A stretch of 43,481 bases of DNA from Octopus sinensis (lineage: Eukaryota), in contig NW_021834983.1 of the NCBI RefSeq assembly GCF_006345805.1, forward strand, positions 1 through 43,481, read 5' to 3'. Below the pieces are notes generated by a model. That model was not told the DNA's origin and ran no database searches. It saw nothing but the letters and a program-made list of their open reading frames with translations. Made by a program: the position numbers and the translations under genes. Of this stretch, positions 1 through 13,148 are shown in pieces. Position 1 is the first letter of the stretch, and every line of letters begins with the position of its first letter.

Positions 1-447
1 AGTTGCAGATGAGAAAGTAAGGAGGATGTCAAGAAGAGCATCGCTGTTACACTTCAGAAGGGAAGGGTCTTCCTTTGATTCTGACATGCAATGTCTGGCA
101 AGACCCTGCTCAGTAAAGCTGGACTCATGAGTCATCTTCGTAGTCATAAAGCGAGACAGATGAGTGACAACCTGGCCACTGGTGGTGGTGTAACACAACA
201 TACTAATCATATCTGTCGGTCACGTGGAAGAGAGTGTAATTCGGCAGGAGGACTTAAACGACATGCAAAGGTACATGAAGCCCAGTTACAACTACAGCAG
301 ACTATTACCGGTAAAGGTTTTAGTTGCCAATTTTGTACAAGACATTGTAGATCTTTTGCTGGGCTAAAAAGTCACATTCGATCACAACACCAGTAACAGT
401 TAAGCTTCGTGCAATGGCCATACTCGATAACGAGGGGGCAGCCATAA
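1..447 (+). mobile_element. 3' end of an RTE-like LINE with C-terminal zinc fingers (5' part outside window)
   Basis: C2H2-rich ORF end, stop at 396, then a short 3' tail GCAATGGCCATACTCGATAACGAGGGGGCAGCCATAAT resembling RTE-clade tails. Confidence 0.5.
80..396 (+). pseudogene. Three tandem, partly decayed C2H2 zinc fingers (LINE ORF C-terminus)
   Basis: CNV[C]GKTLLSKAGLMSHLRSH (frameshift near 91-99), CRSRGRECNSAGGLKRHAKVH, CQFCTRHCRSFAGLKSHIRSQH. Confidence 0.6.
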
Positions 448-460
448 TATCTATATATAT

Positions 461-748
461 AGGAACCCCCCCCCTTCGGTCATGACTGACCATGGGATTG
501 CACCTAGAAAGTTACCCTCCGATGTACAAGTCCGGGCAAGGTTGTTTATAGAAGGCCAGCAGTCACCCATGCATACCAGCCAAGGGAAAGGCAAAGGGGC
601 CGTCACAGCTTGGCACCAGTGACATTGCAACTCATTTCTACAGCTGAGTGAACTGGAGCAACGTGAAATAAAGTGTCTTGCAGCCCGGTCCGGGAATCGA
701 ACTCACAACCTCACGATCGACGCGCTAACCACTGAGCTATGCGCCTTC
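461..748 (-). mobile_element. tRNA-derived SINE with RTE-type tail
   Basis: Minus head GAAGGCGCATAGCTCAGTGGTTAG...GAGTTCGATTCCC (A/B boxes); tail GCAATCCCATGGTCAGTCATGACCGAAGGGGG. Confidence 0.7.
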
Positions 749-754
749 GCTCGT

Positions 755-755
755 A

Positions 756-843
<88 letters not shown>

Positions 844-1070
844 ATCTATATATATATGTATGTGTGTATATATTAGTATATATTATATATATATAATATA
901 TATATATATGTATGTGTGTGTATATATATAGTATGTATGTGTGTGCATAAATTTCCAACTTCACTCACAAAGCTTTGGTCCGCCTTACACATACACACAC
1001 ATACACACACATACACACACATACACACACATACACACACATACACACACACATAATACATACCTATAAA
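755..1070. repeat. (TATC)n, (TA)n and (CA/CATA)n microsatellites
   Basis: Direct reading. Confidence 0.95.
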
Positions 1071-1404
1071 CATACGTAATTGTTCAAGTCAAAAGGGGCC
1101 GCGGCCATGCTGTTGCACCTCATTCGTTATTCCTAACAATTACGCACTTCAGTCTGTTAATAATTTCATCGTCATCAATTTGACGAACTGCAAAGCTAAC
1201 GACCTTAGCGGGCAACACCATAAACAACAACAAATGCATGTTTATATATGGATGTAAACATAAACAGAGACACGGCCACAGACAGACAGATATGTACGGA
1301 GGACTTCCGCACAGTTTCCTCCTGCGAAATTCCACTTGCAAGATGTCGGTCAAACCGAATTCACAGCAGAACATGTTTTCTAAAGATGACACGCACACAT
1401 GGAT

Positions 1405-1412
1405 ATACATTC

Positions 1413-1445
<33 letters not shown>

Positions 1446-1756
1446 TGTATGTATGTATGTATGTATGTATGTATGTATGTATGTATGTATGTATGTATGT
1501 ATGTATGTATGTACGTATGTACGTATGTATGTATGAATTTGTGTTGTGTAGTTATGGGGAATGAGAGACGAATAATGTATATTAAATGGCATACTAGATA
1601 AATTCTTTACTGTATTTATATACATACACACATACATACATAGATAATACATACAATCACACACACACACATTCATATATATGCATACATACATATATAT
1701 ATATATAATATATATATATAGTATATGTGTGTGTGTGTGCGTGCATGCTTGCATGA

Positions 1757-1799
<43 letters not shown>

Positions 1800-1861
1800 G
1801 TGTGTGTGTGTGTGTTGTGTGTATCTATCTATCTATCTATCTATCTATCTCTCTCTCTATA

Positions 1862-1913
<52 letters not shown>

Positions 1914-2015
1914 TAGATAGATAGATAGATACACCACACACACATATATATATCTATATATATATATTATATATATACATACATGCATGCATACACACAC
2001 ACACACACACATATA
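1405..2015. repeat. (TATG)n and mixed TA/TG/TATC/CA microsatellites
   Basis: Direct reading; source of the MYVC-type ORFs. Confidence 0.95.
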
Positions 2016-2829
2016 CTAGACTAGACTAGAGTAGATTACCCGTTACTCATTGGGCCACCGAGGAAGTCTGAGTTTCCCAGCAACAGAGTGTTTTGTTTCG
2101 TGACATCGAAATTATGCATAAATGGCTCCTTTCCCACCGAAGTTACGAACGGGTTTTTTACGAAATATTTACCATATTTTTAAAGTCATTTCCACTTTTA
2201 AATATTTTGCCTATCATATTCAACGAATGTGATATCGAAATCACTTGTAAATGTCTCCTTTCCCCAGAAAAGGAAAGGTTTGGTTACTATTTCTTGCATA
2301 CCCTGCTACCACTTAAAATATTTTGCCTATCGTAATGATGTTCTAATGGAAAGGTTACAGTTTCTTCCCTTTCAGAGTGAAGTTAACTTCAAAGTATTTT
2401 CCTAATATGCACCGATTTGGGTATTTGTACCCCCAAATCCCGAATATCATAATAACTACTGGTCCGATTTACGCGAAACTTGTTTTATTCCGTTCGTTTT
2501 CACATTTCAGGGGTACTTTGCTTTCAAAGTATTTTCCCTTTATGTGCCAATTTGGCTGAGTAACATTGCAAGCAAACAAGCAAGCAAGATTGAACTTTAC
2601 TTTTGATAGTATATATATATTTATATATACACACATATATATATATATAGATGGATATATTTCATGTGTGAGCGCGAGCGTGTTTTTTGTATGTCTGGGT
2701 ATATATATTTATATTCATATATGTATATATATAAATGTATGTATATAAATGTATGTATATAAATGTATGTATATATAAATACACACACACACACGCACGC
2801 ACACACACACGCACACACACACACATATA

Positions 2830-3253
2830 CACGTCACTAAAGTGAACAAGGGCACTAATGAGCACCAGTATTGCTAGAAATATCAGTCAAAACGACCCAA
2901 TAGCCAACAAAAGCACTATCTCAGTAAGGTGGCAGATAGTGGCAGATCCCCAATGAGTTCGCATTGCGATGCTTAACGCATCATAATGTTCATCAGTAAC
3001 TCTCACCGCACCTAGGCTTAAACTCATCTCGCCTTGTCAGCTCATAAAAACTCTGTTGAAATCCGTTTATGAAATAAGCAATATGATCAGAATGCGAACT
3101 CACCGGTGATCTCGCTCTATCTGCCACCCTGGGGAGCTTGTCTCCTTTGTCAGCTCACTAAGATAGTGCTTTTTAGTCTATTGGGTTGTTTTGACTCTTA
3201 TTTCTAGCTATACTGGTAGCCATTAGGGCCCTTGTTCACTTTAATGACCTGTG
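2830..3253. mobile_element. Long-TIR MITE/foldback element, TA-flanked
   Basis: GTCACTAAAGTGAACAAGGGCACTAATG...AAGCACTATCT is the imperfect reverse complement of AGATAGTGCTTT...GCCCTTGTTCACTTTAATGAC; inner arms also pair; TA at 2828-29 and 3254-55. Confidence 0.8.
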
Positions 3254-3319
3254 TATTTCTGCCTTTAGGTTGTAAAATTTCGAATTAGCCACCCATATAA
3301 TTAAAAAAATTTTTTATCC

Positions 3320-3564
3320 TTACATATATATATATATACATGCATTTATACATACATACACATATATATATATATATTATAATATATATATATATATATA
3401 TTAATATATATATATATTATATATATATATTTATATATATATGTATTTTATATATATGTATTATATATATATATTATATATAGAGTATTATTATATATGT
3501 AATATATATATATATAATATAAAATATATATATATATATATACATATATATATACATATACATA

Positions 3565-3648
<84 letters not shown>

Positions 3649-3694
3649 TATACATATGCATATATACATATGCATATATGCATATATATATATA
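3320..3694. repeat. (TA)n-rich microsatellite flanking the Helitron array
   Basis: Direct reading. Confidence 0.95.
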
Positions 3695-5812
3695 CTAGCA
3701 GTATCGCCCGGCGTTGCTCGGGTTTGTAAGGGAAATAACTATATAAGCATTTTTAGAGTGTTATAGCCAAAAAATAGCAAAAAAATGCATTAAAAATTGA
3801 AAAAAAATTAAGGTAATTTTTTTAAAAATCGTTGACACATCGTAGATATCTTAGAGAGTTACTTCCCTTATAGAATAACGAAAAATATGCATTAAAATGG
3901 AAAAATATGATGGTAAATTTTTTTAAATCGTAGACTCATCGTAGACGCGCGCTAATACCAGAAGGGCTCGATATGAATCACGACTATAAGATACCCCGCT
4001 TTGGGTTAAACTACACCGCAAAATGTGGGAGTAGTACGAATCTAAATCGTAGGGAGACAGACACACAACTTCACTCTTATATATAAAGATATAAGCCACG
4101 TAGTTATATACACATACTTTGTTATATACACATTCTTAAAAGAAATGTTATTTGAACACAACATTTACAAAGAATAAATATTTTTGGTTTTTTCTGAACC
4201 CTTCGTTACTATATTTCTGACCAAAATACACCCCTTATGTGTTTCAATTAATTTCTAACTAATCATAAATTTAGTCTGGTTTCATTAAACAACTATAACT
4301 TTTTTATTTATGAATATATTAATCTGATTTTGGAAGATAATTTAGTGAAATGTTCTCAACCAATTCTATACTATAATTTTTGTCACAAGTGACTCTAATT
4401 GCAGGTAGATACAGGTAAATTCAACAAAAATAAAATTATAAAAATTTGTTCAAACATCGCTATAGAAAATGGGTTATTAGCTAATATTCAATTGGGTATA
4501 CAACAAATTTTATGATAGAATTTGTTATTCTGGGTAACTTTCTAATACCCATAATAATATTTATGGCAAAATAGGCCTTAATTTCATTTAAGGTTGTGGG
4601 AAATAACAAACTATCGTTTCTTTCGCTTTGTTTAGGTGAGATCAAATACCACATGGTTTTTTTTTTCAGTCATAGAGTTAGATTTATGAAGGTCTTCAGT
4701 AGAAAATCCTTCGAATTCTGACTCGCTGCTTGATATAATGAAATTCGTATCCATTTTTTGTCAGAATTAAAAATTTTGAAAAACACAATAGGAACAAATT
4801 TCGGAAAAAAAATCTCCCATAATTCACGGAATTAAAATTACACTTCGATTTTTGTACAAACTGACTTAGTTGAACTGTTGACGAAGTATAATACGTTTTC
4901 ACGAATGTTCTAAAGAGATTTAACTCTGATATTCTCATTTAAATATGAATAGGTAAATTCGGGCGGCTTGGTCACATTAACAAAATTTTTTTCGGGCGGT
5001 TTTGTAACGAAAGGGTTTTTAAACGGATGCATACATTTATTAATAACTATATATAAGTGTCGTCTGTTTATACATAAAACCTGTTTCATACTGCAATTAT
5101 ATATACATATATCTATATATAATATTATATAATAAAATATATACAGAGTAAAATAAAAAACCAATTTACCTTTTCTGTATTGTTATTCGACCGTCCGTGT
5201 GTCTTTGCAAATGTGTTGGAATGATAAGTGAGTTGTGTTTTGGCGCCTTTTTTTTACTAATAACAAACACACACGTGTTGTATGTAGTTGTTTGAAACGT
5301 TTGTGTTTGCCACTCTCATATATGTATGTGTATGCGTGTGTGTGAGGAATGACACACACACACTCACGCACGCACACATGTACATCAATGCTTTTATGAG
5401 CGTCATAGAGAGAAACAAATATTACATCGCCATCGCCATAGCCATCGCAATCGCCATCGACATAGCCATCGCCATCGCCATAGCCATCGCCATCGCCATA
5501 GCCATCGCCATCGCATTCTTTTCTACCTGTCAACCACACAGTGAATTAGTTTCAGTTTTCATTGCACACTGTGTGTGTGCGTTTGCGAGTGTGGTGTAAA
5601 CCAGACTAAGAAAAGCATTTGACACACACACCAGAATGTGAGTTTTCTGTAAATTTTGCTTAATTGGAGTTTAAATTTTAAAAACTGGACCTGGCATGAC
5701 GCGATGCATTGTACTATTAAAACTGCTAGTAAATTGTAATTGAAGAAATGCTATATTGTAGATTTGTATAACTCCCAAAGGAGGCAGATAAAATCTGCCT
5801 TTTATAATAAGA
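3695..5812 (-). mobile_element. Helitron unit 0 (2118 bp, unique cargo); contains a complete short Helitron at 3695-4089
   Basis: CTAG/hairpin end at 3695, internal TC-type start near 4089, shared 5' module at about 5568-5812. Confidence 0.7.
5425..5514. repeat. (CATCGC/CATAGC)n hexamer repeat
   Basis: Direct reading. Confidence 0.9.
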
Positions 5813-7129
5813 CTAGCAGCAGTATCGCCCGGCGTTGCTCGGTTTGTAAGGGAAAACTATATAAGCATTTTTAGAGAGTTATAGCCAAAAAATAGCAAAA
5901 AATGCATTAAAAATGGAAAAAAATATGTGGTAAATTTTTTGAAAAATCGTTGACTCATCGTAGACATTTTTAGAGAGTTACTTCCCTATATAATAGCGAA
6001 AAAATGCATTAAAATGGAAAAAAACGATGGTACTTTTTTTTTAAATCGTAGACTCATGTAGACGCTTTCTTAGCCTTTCTGTTTTGGTGTCTTCAAGCCA
6101 TGAAGTCGTGTGTCTAAAAGAACGCTGGTCTCCTTGACAACGCATTACGACGTTGATTTCCTTACACTCCTTCCCCCCACAGGTGAGGTGGGGTGTGAGC
6201 GTGGACGCCAACTCCGCCGCATCGAACACGAAAAATTATGCATTAAAATGGAATAAAAAATGCGTTTAATTATTTTTAAAATCGTAGACTCATCGTAGAC
6301 GCGCGCTAATATTCAGACGGGCTCGATATGAATCACGACTATAAGCTCCCGAATTGGTTAAACTGTACCGCAAAATGTGGGAGTAGTTAGGAATCTAAAT
6401 CGAAGAGGGACAGACACTCACACAACTACAGTTTTATATATATAGATATACATAGCGCAGTAGTGTGGTGAGATATGACAGCAAAGAAAAGCATACATTC
6501 ACTCTCTGCATGCATTAGACTCGGAAAGTTCGTGAGGAACCATTGACCCAATTGCTGACTTTTCCGATAGCACACAGGTGTAATGAATGGTTGAATGACC
6601 AAATCAAGCTTCTCGCTAGTTCCTAACAGTTACGATGATATTTTGTTCCACCAGGTTTTCAGGATGTCCTTGTCGAGTTCTACAGATCTTTCAGGATGAG
6701 GCTCGTCTTCTAGGCTGTAGTTTATGGTCGGGATTTCTGGAACCACCATTGACACTGCCTTACGCTTATTGTCCAATCCCCATATACTGCATTAATATTT
6801 CTTGTACTTGCACAACATTTATATTCTGTTATTTTATATGTTTAGCCTTGAGGTTGTGGCCATGCTGGATCAGTGTGGTGTGTGTGTGTGTGGTGTCTCT
6901 GTCTGTCTGTCTGTATGTATATATGTATATGTATGTGTGTGAACAATAATATTTTCAACAGATGGTGTTGCAAATGTATCTGATTGTTCTCAAGCTTCAA
7001 TACTGTGTGTGTGGTATGTGTGTGTGTGTATGTAGTGTATGTATTATGTATGTATGTGTATGTATATGTATGTATGTATGTAGTGTGTATGTGTATGTAT
7101 GTGTGTGTGTATGTATGTGTGTGTGTATG

Positions 7130-7168
<39 letters not shown>

Positions 7169-7659
7169 ATGTATGTATGTATGTATGTATGTATGTATGT
7201 AGTAGTGTATTATGTATGTATGTATGTGTATGTATGTATGAGTGTATGTTTACTTTATTACTAATTACTCTCTTCCAAGAACATTTTCACTCACTCTTAG
7301 CTCTTAGCTTCCCATACATTTTACTCATGTATCTATCAGCGGCATAGACAGAATACTTCACTTTAGTCTTCCTCAAATCACTCTGTCGCTATTTACTTCA
7401 TTTTATTCGTTGCCCACTGTGTGGTGTGCGTTTGCGTGTGGGGTGAAACCAGACTAAGAAAAGCATTTGACACACACCACCAGAATGTTAGTTTTCTGTA
7501 AATTTTGCTTAATTGGGTTAAATTTTAAAAACTGGACCTGGCATGACGCGATGCATGTACTCTTAAAACTGCTAGGTAAATTGTAATTGAAGAAATCCTA
7601 TATTGTAGATTTGTATAACTCCCAAAGGAGGCAGATAAAATCTGCCTTTTATAATAAGA
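5813..7659 (-). mobile_element. Helitron unit 1 (1847 bp)
   Basis: 3' Helitron module 5813-6446, mariner fragment, microsatellite, spacer, 5' module. Confidence 0.8.
6455..6795 (-). pseudogene. Mariner transposase N-terminal (HTH) fragment, copy 1
   Basis: Homologous to the 10131-10523 ORF region. Confidence 0.75.
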
Positions 7660-8973
7660 CTAGCAGTATCGCCCGGCGTTGCTCGGGTTGTAAGGGAAAT
7701 AACTATATAAGCATTTTTAGAGAGTTATAGCCAAAAAATAGCAAAAAATGCATTAAAATGGAAAAAAATATGATGGTATTTTTTTTTTTAAATCGTTGAC
7801 TCATCGTAGACATTTTTAGAGAGTTACTTCCCTTATATAATAGCGAAAAAATGCATTAAAATGGAAAAAAAAACGATGGTAAATTTTTTTTAAATCGTAG
7901 ACTCATGTAGACGCTTTCTTAGCCATTTCTGTTTTGTGTCTTCAAGCCATGAAGTCGTTGTTCTAAAAGAACACTGGTCTCCTTGACAACGAATTACGAC
8001 GTTGATTTCCTTACACTCCCTTCCCCACAGGTGCAGGTGAGCGTGGACGCCAACTCCGCCGCCATCGACACACGAAAAATTATGCATTAAAATGGAATAA
8101 AAAATGATGTTAAATTATTTTTAAAATCGTAGACTCATCGTAGACGCGCGCTAATATGCAGACGGGTCGATATGAATCACGACTATAAGCTACCCGAATT
8201 TGGTTAAACTGTACCGCAAAATGTGGGAGTAGTTAGGAATCTAAATCGAAGGGGAACAGACACTCACACAACTACAGTTTTATATATATAGATATACATA
8301 GCGCAGTAGTGGTGAGATATGACAGCAGAAAGAAAAGCATATTCACTCTCTGCATGCAATTAGACTCGGAAAGTTCGTGAGGAACCCATTGACCCAATTT
8401 GCTGACTTTTCCGATAGCACACAGGTGTCAATGAATGGTTGAATGACCAAATCCAAGCTTCTCTGCTAGTTCCTCAACAGTTACGATGATATTTTGTTCC
8501 ACCAGGGTTTTCAGGATGTCCTTGTCGAGTTCTACAGATCTTTCAGGATGAGGCTCGTCTTCTAGGCTGTAGTTTATGGCTCGGATTTCTGGAACCACCA
8601 TTGACACTGCCTTACGCTTATTGTCAATCCCCATATACTGCATTAATATTTCTTGCTTTGCACACATTTATATTCTGTTATTCTTTTATATGTTTCAGCC
8701 TTGAGGTTGTGGCCATGCTGGATCAGTGTGTGTGTGTGTGTGTGTGTGTCTATCTGTCTGTCTGTCTGTATGTATATATGTATATGTATGTATGTGAACA
8801 ATAATATTTTCAAGAGATGTGTGCAAAGTATCTGATTGTTCTCAAGCTTCAATACTGTGTGTGTGTGTATGTGTGTGTGTGTATGTATGTATGTATATGT
8901 ATGTATGTATGTATATGTATGTATGTTGTATGTGTGTATGTATGTATGTGGTGTGTGTGTATGTGTGTGTGTA

Positions 8974-9010
<37 letters not shown>

Positions 9011-9511
9011 ATGTGTATGTATGTATGTATGTATGTATGTATGTATGTATGTATGTATTTATGTATGTATGTATGTATGTATGTATGTATGAGTGTATGT
9101 TACTTTATTACTAATTACTCTCTTCCAAGAACATTTTCACTCACTCCTTAGCTCTTAGCTTCCCATACATTTTACTATCATGTATCTATCAGCGGCATAG
9201 ACAGAATACTTTCACTTTAGGCTTCCTCAAATCACTCTGTCGCTATTTACTTTCATTTTATTCGTTGCCCACGTGTGTGTGCGTTGCGTGTGGTGTAAAC
9301 CAGACTAAGAAAAGCATTTGACCCACACACCGGATGTTAGTTTTCTGTTAATTTTGCTTAATTGGAGTTTAAATTTTAAAAACTGGACCTGGCATGACGC
9401 GATGCATTGTACTCTTAAAACTGCTAGGTAAATTGTAATTGAAGAAATCCTATATTGTAGATTTGTATAACTCCCAAAGGAGGCAGATAAAATCTGCCTT
9501 TTATAATAAGA
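7660..9511 (-). mobile_element. Helitron unit 2 (1852 bp)
   Basis: Near-identical to unit 1. Confidence 0.8.
8300..8663 (-). pseudogene. Mariner transposase fragment, copy 2
   Basis: RAINYSLEDEPHPERSVELDKDILKTLVEQNIIVTVEELAEKLGFGHSTIH. Confidence 0.8.
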
Positions 9512-10829
9512 CTAGCAGTATCGCCCGGCGTTGCTCGGGTTTGTAAGGGAAATAACTATATAAGCATTTTTAGAGAGTTATAGCCAAAAAATAGCAAAAA
9601 ATGCATTAAAAATGGAAAAAAATATGATGGTAATTTTTTTTTTAAATCGTTGACTCATCGTAGACATTTTTAGAGAGTTACTTCCCTTATATAATAGCGA
9701 AAAAATGCATTAAAATGGAAAAAAAAACGATGGTAAATTTTTTTTTAAATCGTAGACTCATGTAGACGCTTTCTTAGCCATTTCTGTTTTGGTGTCTTCA
9801 AGCCATGAAGTCGTTGTTCTAAAAGAACACTGGTCTCCTTGACAACGAATTACGACGTTGATTTCCTTACACTCCCTTCCCCCAGGTGCAGGTGTGAGCG
9901 TGGACGCCAACTCCGCCGCCATCGGCGACACACGAAAAATTATGCATTAAAATGGAATAAAAAATGATGTTAAATTATTTTTAAAATCGTAGACTCATCG
10001 TAGACGCGCGCTAATATGCAGACGGCTCGATATGAATCACGACTATAAGCTACCCGAATTTGGTTAAACTGTACGCAAAATGTGGGGGAGTAGTTAGGAA
10101 TCTAATGAAGAGGGACAGACACTCACACAACTACAGTTTTATATAGATAGATATACATAGCGCAGTAGTGGTGAGATATGACAGCAAAGAAAAGCATACA
10201 TTCACTCTCTGCATGCAATTAGACTCGAAGTTCGTGAGGAACCCATTGACCCAATTTGCTGACTTTTCCGATAGCACACAGGTGTCAATGAATGGTTGAA
10301 TGACCAATCCAAGCTTCTCTGCTAGTTCCTCAACAGTTACGATGATATTTTGTTCCACCAGGGTTTTCAGGATGTCCTTGTCGAGTTCTACAGATCTTTC
10401 AGGATGAGGCTCGTCTTCTAGGCTGTAGTTTATGGCTCGGGATTTCTGGAACCACCATTGACACCGCCTTACGCTTATTGTCCAATCCCCATATACTGCA
10501 TTAATATTTCTTGTACTTTGCACACATTTATATTCTGTTATTCTTTTATATGTTTCAGCCTTGAGGTTGTGGCCATGCTGGATCAGTGTGTGTGTTGTGT
10601 GGTGTGTCTATCTGTTTCTGTCTGTATGTATATATGTATATGTATGTATGTGAACAATAATATTTTCAACAGATGTGTTGCAAATGTATCTGATTGTTCT
10701 CAGCTTCAATACTGTGTTGTGTGTATGTGTGTGTGTGTATGTATGTATATGTAATGTATGTATGTATGTATATGAGTATGTATGTATGTGTGTATGTATG
10801 TATGTGTGTGTGTATGTATGTGTGTGTGT

Positions 10830-10869
<40 letters not shown>

Positions 10870-11365
10870 ATGTATGTATGTATGTATGTATGTATGTATG
10901 TATGTATGTATTTATGTATGTATGTATGTATGTATGTATGTATGAGTGTATGTTTACTTTATTACTAATTACTCTCTTCCAAGAACATTTTCACTCACTC
11001 TTAGCTCTTAGCTTCCCATACATTTTACTCATGTATCTATCAGCGGCATAGACAGAATACTTTCACTTTAGGCTTCCTCAAATCACTCTGTCGCTATTTA
11101 CTTTCATTTTATTCGTTGCCCACTGTGTGTGTGCGTTTGCGTGTGGTGTAAACCAGACTAAGAAAAGCATTTGACACACACACCAGAATGTTAGTTTTCT
11201 GTAAATTTTGCTTAATTGGAGTTTAAATTTTAAAAACTGGACCTGGCATGACGCGATGCATTGTACTCTTAAAACTGCTAGGTAAATTGTAATTGAAGAA
11301 ATCCTATATTGTAGATTTGTATAACTCCCAAAGGAGGCAGATAAAATCTGCCTTTTATAATAAGA
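9512..11365 (-). mobile_element. Helitron unit 3 (1854 bp)
   Basis: Near-identical to units 1-2. Confidence 0.8.
10158..10523 (-). pseudogene. Mariner transposase fragment, copy 3
   Basis: RNINAVYGDWTISVRRCQWWFQK...LEDEP..RS.ELD...TVEELAEKL matches Mos1/SETMAR-type HTH domains; WVPHEL-like region in a shifted frame. Confidence 0.85.
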
Positions 11366-13148
11366 CTAGCAGTATCGCCCGGCGTTGCTCGGGTTTGTAA
11401 GGGAAATAACTATATAAGCATTTTTAGAGAGTTATAGCCAAAAAATAGCAAAAAAATGCATTAAAAATGGAAAAAAATATAAGATGGTAATTTTTTTTTA
11501 AATCGTTGACTCATCGTAGACATTTTTAGAGAGTACTTCCCTTATATAATAGCGAAAAAATGCATTAAAATGGAAAAAAAAAAGAGGTAATTTTTTTTTA
11601 AATCGTAGACTCATGTAGCGCTTTCTTAGCCATTCTGTTTGGTGTCTTCAAGCCATGAAGATGAGTCGTTGTTCTAAAAGAACACTGGTCTCCTTGACAG
11701 CATTACGACGTTGATTTCCTTACACTCCCTTCCCCACAGGTGCAGGTGTGAGCGTGGACGCCAACTCCCCCGCCCATCGACACACGAAAAATTATGCATT
11801 AAAATGGAATAAAAAATGATGTAATTATTTTTAAAATCGTAGACTCATCGTAGACGCGCGCTAATATTCAGACGGGCTCGATATGAATCACGACTATAAG
11901 CTACCGAATTTGGTTAAACTGTACCGCAAAATGTGGAGTAGTAGTTAGGAATCTAATCGAAGGGACAGACACTCACAACAACTACAGTTTTATATATATA
12001 GATATACATAGCGCAGTAGTGGTGAGATATGACAGCAAAGAAAAGCATACATTCACTCTCTGCATGCAATTAGACTCGGAAAATTCGTGAGGAACCCATT
12101 GACCCAATTTGCTGACTTTTCCAATAGCACACAGGTCTCAATGAATGGTTGAATGACCAAATCCAAGCTTCTCTGCTAGTTCCTCAACAGTTACGATGAT
12201 ATTTTGTTCCACCAGGGTTTTCAGGATGTCCTTGTCGAGTTCTACAGATCTTCAGGATGAGGCTCGTCTTCTAGGCTGTAGTTTATGGCTCAGGATTTCT
12301 GGAACCACCATTGACACTGCCTTACGCTTATTGTCCAATCCCCATATACTGCATTAATATTTCTTGTACTTTGCACACATTTATATTCTGTTATTCTTTT
12401 ATATGTTTCAGCCTTGAGGTTGTGGCCATGCTGGATCATGTGTGTGTGTGTGTGTGTGTGTCTATCTGTCTGTCTGTCTGTATGTATATATGTATATGTA
12501 TGTGTGTGAACATAATATTTTCAACAGATGTTTGCAAATGTATCTGATTGTTCTCAAGCTTCAATACTGTGTGTGTGGTGTATGTGTGTGTGGTGTATGT
12601 ATGTATGTATATGTTGTATGTATGTATATGTATGTATGTGTGTGTGTATGTATGTGTGTGTGTATGTGTGTGTGTGTATGTTGTATGTATGTATGTATGT
12701 ATGTATGTATGTATGTATGTATGTATGAGTGTATGTTTACTTTATTACTAATTACTCTCTTCCAAGAACATTTTCACTCACTCTTAGCTCTTAGCTTCCC
12801 ATACATTTTACTCATGTATCTATCATCGTCATAGACAGAATACTTTCACTTAGTCTTCCTCAAATCACTCCTGTCCGCTATTTACTTCCATTTCATTCGT
12901 TGCCCACTGTGTGTGTGCGTTTGCGTGTGGTGTAAACCAGACTAAGAAAAGCATTGACACACACACCAGAATGTGAGTTTTCTGTAAATTTTGCTTAATT
13001 GGAGTTTAAATTTTAAAAACTGGACCTGGCATGACGCGATGCATTGTACTCTTAAAAATGCCAGGTAATTGTAATTGAAGAAATCCTATATTGTAGATTT
13101 GTATAACTCCCAAAGGGAGGCAGATAAAATCTGCCTTTTATAATAAGA
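11366..13148 (-). mobile_element. Helitron unit 4 (1783 bp)
   Basis: Same organisation, shorter microsatellite. Confidence 0.8.
12010..12376 (-). pseudogene. Mariner transposase fragment, copy 4
   Basis: Homologous to copies 1-3. Confidence 0.75.

Noticed and set aside
5183-5539. GDGY/GDGD-repeat protein
   Set aside because: It derives from a hexamer microsatellite within Helitron cargo; flanking residues come from TG repeats.
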